A stretch of 64,000 bases of DNA. Origin: Octopus sinensis. Lineage: Eukaryota. This document shows positions 38,638 through 51,744 of the stretch, in pieces. The position numbers were made by a program, and so were the translations under genes. Where the stretch lies: positions 12,214,001-12,278,000 of the forward strand of contig NC_043021.1 in NCBI RefSeq assembly GCF_006345805.1. The letters are read 5' to 3'. Position 1 is the first letter of the stretch. Each line of letters starts with the position of its first letter. Below the pieces are notes generated by a model. That model had not been told where the DNA came from, did no database searches, and saw nothing but the letters and a program-made list of their open reading frames with translations.

Positions 38638-41590
38638 CTATTCACACGGTTCTTGCACGCACAGCACTCGTACAACATGCTTCCATCTCTTTTGGAACGT
38701 ACAGTCCGACAGACATCTCTTCTCCAGCCACAACTTACTTTTCAAATGAAAAGAAAAAAATGATCGTAAATTGTGGCCAGAGATAAAGTTGTCTGTCTTA
38801 ATTCCTTTTATCTTAGTCTTCCATACTGCCTCTTTCGCTATTGCTACAACCGTGGGAAAATTCTTACCTTCGTTCGTTAAAACTCCCCGTGGGTCAATTT
38901 TTATAATTGACTCAGTGGACAGTTGTACTCTTCCTTCACTGGACAACAGATGTTCAGCATAAGCCCACATTTCAGTTATCTCCGGACACTGAATAGTGTG
39001 AGGGACGGTTTCCCTGCCCCTTCCCCCCGCATCTTAGACAGGTCGATGACTGACGCTTACCGTGTCTTGCGAGCTTATCCCAAACGGGCAAGGCACCTCT
39101 GTAGCATTGCCAGGTTAAGGACTTTTGGAAGTTGTCCAACATTCTCAACCCGAATGTACGGCGAAACAGGCTGTCCAGTTGAATAAACCCGAGACCTAGA
39201 ATCGCCCCCAGGCCATCGTCGCATTCAGACTCTACCAAACCACTATATAAAATCCGTGTGGAACCCCCACCGCTGGCGTTGCCCGAGCGCCGGAATAGCA
39301 AGAGGGCCTTACGGCACTCTTTATGCCACTCACTCGACCTCGTTCTACGAGAACACCAGGCTTCCTGTTCGCAAAAACTTTTGAACTCGGAGAACATTTC
39401 TCTGTCCAGCGGAAACTACACGCGTTCACGATCCAGGAGAATCCAGAGGTGCCTCAACCTCAACGCATGTCTGCGCATCATTAACCTCCCTTTAAAGGCT
39501 TTTGACAGCAAACAGAGCGTTTCACAAGTGGCGACCTGCCCTTCCACAAAAAGCGAAAGAGCTGTCTCTCCAACCTGATCAACCACGAATCCGGACAGGG
39601 CACGACGGTCAGGCTGTAGGTAATGACCGATGCGATATACACATTGGCCACCTCCGCTCTCCCTTTCAGGGATAGCCACCGCCAAGACCAGGTCTTGACT
39701 ACTTCAGCCACCCTGCTCAATATCTCTGTCCAGTTCTCTATCTGGAGGCCTGGTCCAAACCAAACTCTCAGCAACTTAACCGGTCCCTCTGTCCAGCGTC
39801 CAACAACGCTGTCTGAAGGCATCGACTTGCCAACCCAGGTGCTGAGTTGCAAGCCGACCGACTTTTCCCGGTTAATCTTTGCTCCTGTCACCTCCTTGTA
39901 AACCTCAATAGTCTTACCCACTTCACGTAGGCGTGCTACTGAGGTTACGCTGATAGTGATATCATCCGCGTAAGCCGTAACAAACTCCTCTAGACCTGGT
40001 TCTCTCGGGATGTCACTCAACCTTCGCAGTAGGGGCTCGAGAGACATCACATACAAAAGTGGTGAGAGCGGACATCCTTGACGAACCGAGCGTCTGATGC
40101 AGAACGGCTTCGAAAGGAAACGGTTCACCCGAACTATCGAGTCAATGTTGTGGTATAAAACGATAAACCATCTGAGGAAGCCAAGGCCCAGGCCGAACCG
40201 CGCGAACACAGTCGCTAGGTATCGATGGTCAACCCTATCAAAAGCTTTAGACTGGTCTAAATGTACCAATACCCCACCTTTGCCAAATTTATTACCAACC
40301 CTCTCTATGGTATAGCGAATAAGATGGAGGGTATCCAGAATGGTTCTGCCTGAGATGGCACATGTCTGTGTCTCCCCGACTATACCATTCGCGACACGCG
40401 CCAACCTTTTTGCTAAGACCTTGGCCAAAATCTTCACTTCTGCGTTTAACAGAGTGATGGGCTTGAAATTCTCTATAACGTCCCCTTGTCCGGGTCCTTT
40501 CTGACCAACGTCACTACTCCCCGGCGCACAGATCTGGGAATAAATCCATTCTGTTGCCAGTTCGCAATACTTCCCATGTGTTGGGCTTCAAGATGCTGGT
40601 TTAACTCCAGTCTTTTCACCCTCGCTTGGTCCGCATTACCAGTCCTCCAGGTTTCTTCTAGTTCCTTAACTAGACCATCTTCTATTCTACGCCCCTTCTT
40701 AGCTAAACATATGCTAAACCTAATAAACTCATATTTGATGGCTCTTTTTATGGTGTACCATCATTTGTTATTAATGATGGTACCTGTTAATGCCCTCTGT
40801 ATTAACATCTTGATCCGCTTTCTGTACTCCTCAATCGCCAAAAGGGACGTATTAAGTTTCCAGTAGCCAGATCCCTGACTATGTACCTTATCTACCGTCA
40901 GGTAACCATCTTGTAGTCACTGTAGCTGACTAGAAAAAAGTGTGGACACTCGGCTATGGACTTATCTGTTTCTCTAATTAAAATCCTATCTAGATATGTT
41001 CTGGAAGACCCGTCACTATTTGACCACGTCCACTGTGGAGTGTTCGGGTGTTCCAATCTATATGGATCTGCTAGCTGAAATTGACTTAGCAGATCTCATA
41101 AGCCTGGGTTACATTTTCTGTTCATGATCGAGCCAACACAATCTGTGTGTGCTTCATATATTGTGTTAGAGTCTCCTAACAATACTAGCGAATGCGACGT
41201 GGCTAGGAACTTGCCCATGTCACGAAAATATTCAGTTTGCGGACCCATAATGTTGGGTGCATAGATAGCAACCAGCCTGATTGTCTTGCCACAACTGAAT
41301 GTCAGGTCAAGAACGACCAACCTGCCTTCAGAGTCAGAAAAAAATCAACTTTTTCTCGGCTACCCGGTTTCTTTTTAGTAGGACCAACACCCCGCCCGAC
41401 TCGGAGAAACGTATTTCTCGTAACCGTTCAGGAGAGGGAGCAGATCTCTTGGCCCCTTCACCCGGGTTTCCGTTGCAACAATTACATCCAAATTTCTCGA
41501 CCTGATGTCATTTAGGAAGCGCTCTTGTTTCCAACTCGACATCAGGCCACGAACATTTATACAACCAATGTGAATAGACGTGGCTTACTT
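38638..41590 (-). pseudogene. Tx1 ORF2 (APE endonuclease plus reverse transcriptase), broken by frameshifts and stops
   Basis: APE motifs CINVRGL, VATETR, IYAPN, LLGDSN, WTW...YLDRI. RT motifs KILAKVLAKRL, LDQSKAFDRV, RQGCPLSPLLY, AYADDIT (ORF 39481-40437). C-terminal CLRCGG. Confidence 0.92.
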
Positions 41591-41876
41591 TTTAGATCGG
41601 GGCGTCCTGTGGAGAGGGGCTCTCCACCTTTTCTTGACTTAGGGTCGGAGATGGCAAGCCTTCAAACATAGACTGGTGAAAATCAAGTCTCCATGTTGAG
41701 ACCGATTTTCTATATGTGCTAGACAATATATTATACGTTTTTTCGTCCCAATTCATAAAATTCATAGTTTTTATATTTCTCTGACAGTTCAATTAATCTA
41801 GTTGCTAATTTTTGGGTTTTTATTTCCCGTATTAAATCTTCGTTTTTGCTGTGTAGTGCAGCAATTCCTCTGTTCG

Positions 41877-42517
41877 TCAGTCCCTCCGCCTTCCTCGGTC
41901 TGTCTCTCTTGGCTGTTTTTTACTTTTTTTTTTTTTTTTGGTCTCAGCTCGCTCTGCTTTTGCTGGTTCGAGCCTTCCATTTTCCTTTTGTTGTTTATTT
42001 TTCCTTCTGTTCTCTCTCTCTCTCTCTCTTTCTTCCTCCTCGCCGTCTGGTTCTTCTACACCTTCTTCACAGTATTTTTTAATGTGACCCAGTTGGCCAC
42101 ACTGGAAACATCGGGGCTTACGGCCCTCAACAAAAATATTTAGGACTTCCTCCCCTACTTCCAAGATTTCTGGGAGCTGTTGTAAAATTTTTTGGTCAGC
42201 CTGCAGTATGAGGTTAAGCATTTGACCAGCCCAATAGGTATTTTCTGTGACGGTAGCCTGCAGGAGGTTAATATTATCTTCGCTGTTTGCCAGGACTGCA
42301 GCCATCAAACACATAGGGTTCACTCCGGGCGGAATTCTTGGTATTCTCACTTTTGAAGTTCTCATTCCCATGTAAGTTGGGATTAACATTGTGTCTTCTG
42401 ACTCTAAAGATTTTATGGGGTGTTTTTGTGCCGTTTCTGCATTCTTGAACCTCACCACGATGGTTCCAAACGTCTTCCCTCTGGCTATATATGTAATGTT
42501 CTGCCAGATGAGTTTTA
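41877..42517 (-). pseudogene. Tx1 ORF1 (gag-like) remnant
   Basis: ...GTIVVRFKNAETAQKH...EGRKPRCFQCGQLGHIKKYC contains a CX2CX4HX4C zinc knuckle; no start codon at the 5' junction. Confidence 0.85.
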
Positions 42518-42798
42518 GACCTCGGCAGAATTTGAACTCAGAACGTAAAAACAGACGAAATACCTATTTCTTTACTACCCACAAGGGGCTAAACACAGAG
42601 AGGACAAACAAGGACAGACAAACGGATTAAGTCGATTACATCGACCCTAGTGCGTAACTGGTACTTAATTTATCGACCCCGAAAGGATGAAAGGCAAAGT
42701 CGACCTCGGCGGAATTTGAACTCAGAACGTAACGGTAGACGAAATACGGCTACGCATTTCACCCGGCGTGCTAACATTTCTGCCAAGCTCGCCGCCTT
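42518..42798 (-). mobile_element. SINE family A head and body with Tx1-type tail, followed by the 47 bp target duplicate
   Basis: Head at 42798, body, then tail atccgtttgtctgtcc...gtgggtagtaaagaaata (42565-42628). Confidence 0.85.
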
Positions 42799-42896
42799 AA
42801 ATATATATATATATATATATATATATCAATAGGAAAAAATACACCTTTAATATTTGTATTTCTCGTTCCTATACACATGCATGTAAAACGCGCCTG

Positions 42897-43070
<174 letters not shown>

Positions 43071-43640
43071 TACATATACATATGTAAATGTAATATATAA
43101 TCCCCAAAATAACCGTTTGCAAAAATAATTGACTGATTCAGTCGTCGTCTGCCAACAGTCTAGATATTTAATGAAAAGTCACGTCTATGGAACAAAATTA
43201 GAATAAGTTCCTTCAAACAGTGTTTCCATTTCGAATTTGAACCCGTGATGACGAGTAAAATAGCTACAACATATTACTGACGTCAACTGCCGAATCTAAG
43301 GCATGTAGAGTTATCTACCTTGTTTGCTAACAGTCAGACGTGAAAAGTTGGAGGCTCATAATCGCTTGATTTCAGTCAATTTCTTTGTTAACCATGAGGT
43401 TGAGGAAAGGAGGGGACGATACGAGGAAGACAAAACAAACATTGGGGTCAGGGTATCGAATGAGACGAAACGTATGAATAAACAAACAATTAAAATATAT
43501 ACAATTAAATGAGAATGAGTGATTTACAAGAAATGAAGTCAGTCATTAGCGTACTAATTGTGTCTGCTGCCCGAGGCAGCCTTTGAATTTTCACCGTCTT
43601 CTATTTCTGTTCGGCCTATATAGGTTTATACAACATAGTA

Positions 43641-44030
43641 GTGGAGGCGCAATGGCCCAGTGGTTAGGGCAGCGGACTCGCGGTCATAGGATCGCGGTTT
43701 CGATTCCCAGACCGGGCGTTGTGAGTGTTTATTGAGCGAAAACACCTAAAGCTCCACGAGGCTCCGGCAGGGGATGGTGGTGATACCTGCTGTACTCTTT
43801 CACCACAACTTTCTCTCACTCTTACTTCCTGTTTCTGTTGTACCTGTATTTCAAAAGGCCGACCTTGTCACTCTCTGTGTCACGCTGAATATCCCCGAGA
43901 ACTACGTTGAGGGTACACGTGGCTGTGGAGTGCTCAGCCACTTACACGTTAATTTCACGAGCAGGCTGTTCCGTTGATTCGGATCAACCGGAACCCTCAT
44001 CGTCGTAACCGACGGAGTGCTTCCATCCAT
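43641..44030 (+). mobile_element. SINE family C, full length
   Basis: tRNA-like head with a TCG anticodon-position triplet, followed by about 310 bp of non-tRNA body. Confidence 0.82.
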
Positions 44031-44400
44031 ACAACATAGTGCTACCCCGTAAAAGCGTCGTCCGGAGAGGACCGACTCATGGTTACGCTTCTGGCTTTAG
44101 TCGAAGTCTATTGTCTTACACACACACACGTTTTCTTTTTCCTTTCTCTCTCTCTCTCTCTCCTTCTTTCTTCACTTCTTCCCTCTTTCCTTCATGGTCA
44201 TCATCTTTTTCCTTCCTCCCTCTCTTCATCATATCCTTTTCCTCTCTTCTTCATCCCCCCCTCTTTTCATGATCATCATCTTTTTCCTCCTCCTCCTCCT
44301 GCAATTCTTCTTCCAGAAGAAATTTTGCACCCCTCCACTACTCTTCTCCTCACACTTCCTATCTTGTTGCTTACGCCTCTACGATTGGATCACCTTTGAT

Positions 44401-44714
44401 CAGGGGTTCTTAACTGGGGTTTATATAGACCCTTGGAGGGGGCCCATATAAGATTTGGTGGGATCCACAGGTGCGATATAGTAAATTGGGGTCTACAGTA
44501 AATTTTCAAGGGCCACGAAAAAATCTTAAAATTATTTGCTGCAAATTTGCTATACGTCCACAATACACAAAATATTTAAAATTTTATACAATTCCTAATA
44601 ATATTTGGTTATAAAACAACAATAGGATTCCTTAAACATCAAATGGCTATGGGGGTCAACCTGAGTAGAATAGGAATCAAAGGGGGGGGGGCAAAAATGG
44701 CCGAGAACCCCCTG
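44401..44714. mobile_element. hAT (Charlie-like) MITE
   Basis: TIRs caggggttct...agaaccccctg; right flank gtctacat resembles the NTCTAGAN target consensus. Confidence 0.65.
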
Positions 44715-44970
44715 GTCTACATAATCAGAACTGATTTCAGTTTAAACTACGATAGCAGCAGCACTTTACGATGTTCCTGTTTCTAACGGTCAATTAACCA
44801 GCCTCGTACCCCTTGTTTCTTGAATCTACCACTTCTTTGTGACACCTTAACGCTACGTGTAACCGTTAGCTGCTATCTAGCATTCCCTCACTTTTCACAC
44901 TGCATCCATTACCAACTCACATTACATATCCATACCATCTCGCTCGCTCTCTCTCTCTCTCTCTCCCTTC

Positions 44971-45001
<31 letters not shown>

Positions 45002-45057
45002 ACCCTGCCTTCTTTCTTTCATACATCAGTGAAGACCTGATTTATGTATGGGCCAAT

Positions 45058-45385
45058 ATGGGCGCATCGTTTAGTGGTTAGGGTGTTCGGTTCAAGATTG
45101 TAAAACCGCGAGTTCGATACTCGCATAGTGTCCTTGAGAAAAGACACTTTTTTCACGTTGCTCCAGTTCACTCAGCTGGCAAAAATGAATGGTACCTGTA
45201 ATTCAAAAGGGGCCAGTCTTTCACATCGTGTGTCACGCTGAATCTCCTCGGAAACTACGTTAAGGGTACATGTGTTTGTGGGTAGTAAAGAAATAGGTAC
45301 ATGTGTCTGTGGAATTCTCAGCCACTTACACATTGACTTCACGAGCGGGTTGACCATCGTCGTCCTAACCGACGGAATACCAGTA
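45058..45385 (+). mobile_element. SINE family D head with family C-type 3' region
   Basis: Shares gtacctgta..tcaaa...gtgtcacgctgaat...aactacgtt.agggtaca with 43641-44030; a similar copy lies at 58780-59025. Confidence 0.75.
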
Positions 45386-45724
45386 ATGATATGAGACATG
45401 ACTCAAGGGCCCTTTTATCTCAGAGATGCCAAAAGCCCGAAGTTAAAATCTAAAAAATATATATTTACAGCAATCAAATGATTTGTAAATTTTTTTTTAC
45501 TCCTTTAAGCTTTTCTATTCCAATGGAATTCTTTCATAATTATTGAACCCTCCTTTGATTCATTGGGCCCTTTTAGATTTAAAGAGCCATTGAATTTAAA
45601 TGGATTCCTTTGAATCTATCGATGCCCTTTGAAGTTTTGGGGGTCCTCTTTATAGTCTTATGCTTTGAATTAGCAGGTTTTTAAGTGATGCCTTTTTAAA
45701 AACACTGTTTTCTTCTTATATATT

Positions 45725-45950
45725 AAGAAAGCAGTCATGGCGGTGAGTTGGCAGAATCGTTAGCATGCCGGGCCAAATGCTTAGCGGCATTTCGTCCGTC
45801 TTTAGATTCTGAGTTCAAATTCTGCCGAGGTCGTCTTTGCTTTCATCCTTTGGAAGTCGATGAATCAAATACTAGATAAACACTGCGGTTGATGAAATCG
45901 ATTAATCCGCTCCCCAGAAGTTGCTGGCCTTGTGCTAAAATTTAAAATTG
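45725..45950 (+). mobile_element. SINE family A
   Basis: ggcggtgagttggcagaatcgttagc head and standard body. Confidence 0.8.
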
Positions 45951-46883
45951 ATATATTAAGAGAGCAGTCACCATCAATGCATCATTAAAAAAAACAAGGC
46001 AGCGCCAACATGTCAGAAATTATCAAAGTGCTGGCAGGCATTAAAGTTATGGAATACGCAAAAATGTGTTTAGGAAAATACAAATCTGATATGAGATTAT
46101 AAATGCTCTTTGTATTTGTACTTCGATTACACTGTGTAGCATGATTTTTGTCTTTTGGGTAGCAACTGTTATTTCCTATTTGCTTAACCGTAGAAAGTCA
46201 TGAAAAATGGCTAAAATTTCCTTCAAAATTTGCTTTTATTATATTTATTCAACCCCCCACCACCACCAAAATCCTCTCAGCACATAGCTACGATACTCCG
46301 CCACTACTTCTGCACAACATTAGAGATACACATATTGTCAGCCACTAAGGGACATGCTCAGGCGGTTAAGGTCAAGCAAATCTGTGTGTGGTATTGAGCA
46401 GAATATTTGCTATAACGATATTTCTGCTTCAGCAACTCGGTGCTGAACCTGCCTGAAATGTAATGGAAAACATTCCCTTTGATATCTAGATAGACGCAAA
46501 TAAGAAATAACACTTACTGACCACAGACAAAGAAAAAAATGTCACGGTATTTTTACAACATTATATTTGATTTTACCATACATATTCCTACATGCGAAAT
46601 TATAAACGCAAAATCGTTGGGCCCCGAAAACACTGGTGCAGGAGTCCCACTAGGTCTTAATCTGGCCCCGATATCTTATATGCTCACTTACACGCTAGAC
46701 TTAATGAATCTTCTATTAATATTTGAGAAAATATAGTGAAGTCTTGCTCCGCTGCTGATGTCATAAAGGGACCAAAATATGTACAGATTTCTTACGCACA
46801 CTTGCCGATGTGTTCACACAATTTTGAACCATAAGGGAGATCACTCTTCATACACTTTGTGTACACAAGGGTGCGCTGCATTT

Positions 46884-46932
<49 letters not shown>

Positions 46933-46964
46933 CCACCACCATCATCATCATCATCATTTTATTA

Positions 46965-47940
46965 AATTGGTAGAATCGTTAACACACTGGTCGAAATGCT
47001 TAGCGGTATTTCGTCTGCCGCTACGTTCTGAGTTCAAATTCCGCCGAGGTCGACTTTGCCTTTCATCCTTTCGGGGTCGATTAAATAAGTACCAGTTACG
47101 CACTGGAGTCGATATAATCGACTTAATCCGTTTGTCTGTCCCTTCTGTGTTTTGCCCCTTGTGGATAATAAAGAAATAAGTATTTCGCCCGTTGCTACAT
47201 TCTGAGTTCAAATTCCGTTGTAGTCGATTTTGCCTTTCATCCTTTCGGGGTCGATAAATTAGGCACCAGTTGAGCACATGGGGTTGATGTTATTGACTGT
47301 TCCCCTCCCCACAAAATCCAGGCCTTGTGCCTATACCGGAAAGGATTATTATTAATTTTCCGAAGGGCAGCGAGCTATCAAAATCATCAGCTTGCCAAAA
47401 AAGTGCTCTGCGGGATTTCGTTTGTCTGAGTTCAAATTCCACCGATGTCGACTTTCATCCTGTCGTGGTTGATAAAATAAATACCAATTGAGCACTGGAG
47501 TCGGTGTAATCAACTTTCCCCAACATGCTGGCCTTGTGCTAAAATTATTATTATTATTATTATTTTATTATTATTATTATTATTGTTATTGTTATTATCA
47601 TTATTATTATCATTATTATTATCATTATTATTGTGGCGAGCTGGCAGAATCGTTAGCGCGCTGGACGAAATGCTTAGCGGTATTTCGCCCGTCGCTACGT
47701 TCTGAGTTCAAATTCCGCCAATGTCGACTTTGCCTTTCATCTTTACGGGGTCGATTAAATAAGTACCAGCGGGGTCGACTTAATTGACTAGCCCCTCCCC
47801 CAAAATTTCAGGCCTTATGCCTATAGTGGAAAGGGTTATTAATATACAGGAGGAGGAGGAGGTGGGAAGTTGTGGCGGAATCGTTTGAGTGTCGAAAACA
47901 ACGCCTTGCGGTATTTCTTCTAGCTCTTTAGGATCCGAGT
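46965..47940 (+). mobile_element. Cluster of four to five SINE family A units, the first with a Tx1-type tail
   Basis: Units at 46965-47178 (tailed), 47179-47350, 47360-47545, 47632-47840 and a partial one at 47860-47940, separated by (ATT)n. Confidence 0.85.
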
Positions 47941-48134
47941 TTGTCTTTAAACCAATCCAAAACGAAAAGTTATTTTAAAAACAAAACAGAATTATTCCCC
48001 TTTTATTAAAAAACAAAAAAACACGATCCCTTTTTCCTTTCTATTAATGTATTATTACAGCGGTTCAACAATAATAACTAATTCAATAGAAGGATGAGGC
48101 TGTACCCCAGGTACTTATTTTATCGATTCTAGAT

Positions 48135-48864
48135 CAGTGATTCGCAACCGGGGTCCATATGGCTCCTGAGGATCCATATAAGATTTTTCAGGATCTACGC
48201 AACAAAATACTAAATTGGGGATCTTAATTAGTATTTTAAGGGCTCCTGAATATTTTTTGCTTTTGATGCAGATGTGATGTATTGGTATGCATTGCAACAA
48301 AACAAATAGGTCTCTTTCACAAACATTTTACATAGGAGTGGCTGTGTGGTAAGTAGCTTGCTTACCAGCCACATGGTTCTGGGTTCAGTCCCACTGCGTG
48401 GCATCTTGGGCAAGTGTCTTCTACTATAGCCTCAGGCCGACCAAAGCCTTGTGAGTGGATTTGGTAGACGGAAACTGAAAGAAGCCCATCGTATATAAAT
48501 ATATATATATATGTGTGTGTGTATGTTTGTCTCTCCAACATCGCTTGACAACCGATGCTGGTGTATTTACGTCCCCATAACTTAGCGTTACGGCAAAGAA
48601 ACCGATAGAATAAGTACTAGTCTTACAAAGAATAAGTCTTGGGGTCGATTTGCTCGACTAAAGCCGGTGCTCCAGCATGGCCGCAGTCAAATGACTGAAA
48701 CAAATAAAAGAATAAAAGCTAATGGTATGAAAAACAAAGTGAGAATTTTGAAAGAAGTTTCTATAAAACTGGTTTTTAAACATCGAATGGCTGTGGGTGT
48801 CCATTAGGATAAAATAGTAATTATAGGGGTCTAGAGATAAAAAAAAATTGGTTGAGAATCTCCG
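48135..48864. mobile_element. hAT (Charlie-like) MITE of the same family, containing a SINE B
   Basis: Ends cagtgattcgcaacc and ggttgagaatctccg; 8 bp flanks ttctagat and ctctggat (6/8 match). Confidence 0.65.
48332..48718 (+). mobile_element. SINE family B, full length, nested in a hAT-like MITE
   Basis: Same consensus as 3851-4247. Confidence 0.88.
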
Positions 48865-49104
48865 CTCTGGATGGATATCAGTTGACGTTTTACGGGGGTT
48901 TATGCTCAGAATCGAAAGGGAGGTAACTAAACTATAACCGGGAATAAAACGTATGTTCATATTTGCACACCGACACAGTTTATTTGGATAAGGGGTAGAC
49001 AGGTGTTTCTCGACCATTTTTTCCCCTTTTTTTTTACTTGTGTCCTCCTTAGATCCCTATTTCACTCGGATGGACCCCATAGCCATTTAATTATTCTAAA
49101 ATTC

Positions 49105-49528
49105 GGATCTTTTCGGTTTGAACGGCAGTTTTTAACATAATTTCTAGGTAACTAAACAATTTTAAACTTCGTATACTGGTAGAATGTGCTTATAAAGCAT
49201 CTTTTTCTCTTGGCTTTATTGAGAAAATTCTATAGTTTGTAAGATATCTGTTGTTGTTTTTTTCAATTTCTGAAATTTCAACCGATCACTGACGTCTATT
49301 GAGGTAAAAAAAAAAAACATTCTGTATCGTATATGAATATGTCCCTCGTTTAAGAAACAGATTGGGTTTATTTACATTTGTAAAGAAAAAAAAGATACCC
49401 TTCCCCCCACCCTAACCCTAACCCTAAAACAGATTGAAATGCAATAGATCGATACTAGGGTCATAATTATGGGTGACAATTTCATATGACACTGCTAGAA
49501 AAAACTGCCGTTCAAACCGAAAAGATTC
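49105..49528. mobile_element. 424 bp MITE with ~26 bp TIRs, a perfect 8 bp TSD and internal (CCCTAA)3
   Basis: TIR ggatcttttcggtttgaacggcagtttt and aaaactgccgttcaaaccgaaaagattc; TSD taaaattc at 49097-49104 and 49529-49536. Confidence 0.85.
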
Positions 49529-49654
49529 TAAAATTCTATTATATTTTTGTAATTAAATATGATTAGAAATTGTATTTTTTACAAAGTGGCGCAAGCGTAG
49601 CTGTGTGGTAAGAAGCCTGCTTCCCAACCACATGGTTCCGGGTTCAGTCCTGCT

Positions 49655-50146
49655 GCGAACAGTTTTGCGGGAAACTGGGTTCTTGAGGTGGTCATTAAGC
49701 TCTGCAGTAATTATGGAAGCTGTACTTTTGTGATCCTTTCTAACAATTCGCGTAAGAGACGGACGGTCCCTATCTGAAAGTTATGGTTTTCTTCTTGAGT
49801 TTTGTTACGACGAGGAGGTTTTTCCCTCTTTCTCAAAGGCTGTCATTACTTCTGGGACAGTACTTCTTGATACACCAAACATTTCGGCTCTTTTCATTAC
49901 GCTAGCGCCTGTCATATGAGCACCAACAATTTGACCTCTTTGAAAGTCCGATAGATCTGCTATTTCAGTTAATTTTAATTACCTTTTTCTGATGATATCT
50001 GAAAAGAAACAGCAGTTTTAGCAAAACATATTAAGCAACACTAATAATAAATCAGGAAACATAGAAATAAACAAGCTTTTGAAGGTTTTATAGATATTTC
50101 AAATTCCATTATTTTGAAATTATTTCCATTATATTGTCCAACGTTG
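49655..50146 (-). mobile_element. Tc1-type transposon 5' fragment
   Basis: TA plus TIR-like caacgttggacaatataatggaaa; DLSDFQRGQIVGAH..GASV...FGVSRSTV paired HTH. Confidence 0.8.
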
Positions 50147-50419
50147 TATATATATGTATATATGTATGTATTTTGGGGTCTGTGTTTATGCCCCACCCAC
50201 CATCGCTTGACAACTGATATCGGTGTGTTTACGTCCCCGTAACTAAGCGGGTCGGCAAAAGAGACCAATAGTATAAGTAGTAAGCTTACGGAGGAAAAGA
50301 CCTGGGGTCGATTTGTTCGACTTAAGGCGGTGCTCCAGCATGGTTGCAGGTAAAATGACTGAAACGAGTAGAAGTAACATATATATGTATATATATATAT
50401 TCCTTTACTCTTTTATTTG

Positions 50420-51735
<1,316 letters not shown>

Positions 51736-51744
51736 GTATGGTTC

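Larger units (their letters stand above)
38398..42517 (-). mobile_element. Tx1/L1-clade non-LTR retrotransposon, 5'-truncated and decayed
   Basis: ORF1 remnant with CCHC knuckle, ORF2 with APE endonuclease, RT and C-terminal Cys motif, and a ~240 bp 3'UTR ending AATAAAGAAATT. Flanked by a 47 bp duplication (38351-38397 and 42518-42564, 41/47 identical). Confidence 0.92.

Noticed and set aside
43278-43285. CRE palindrome TGACGTCA as a promoter element
   Set aside because: A single 8-mer with no linked transcription start; chance occurrence is plausible.
43641-43720. tRNA-Arg(TCG) gene
   Set aside because: No proper acceptor stem or T-run terminator; continues into a multi-copy SINE body.
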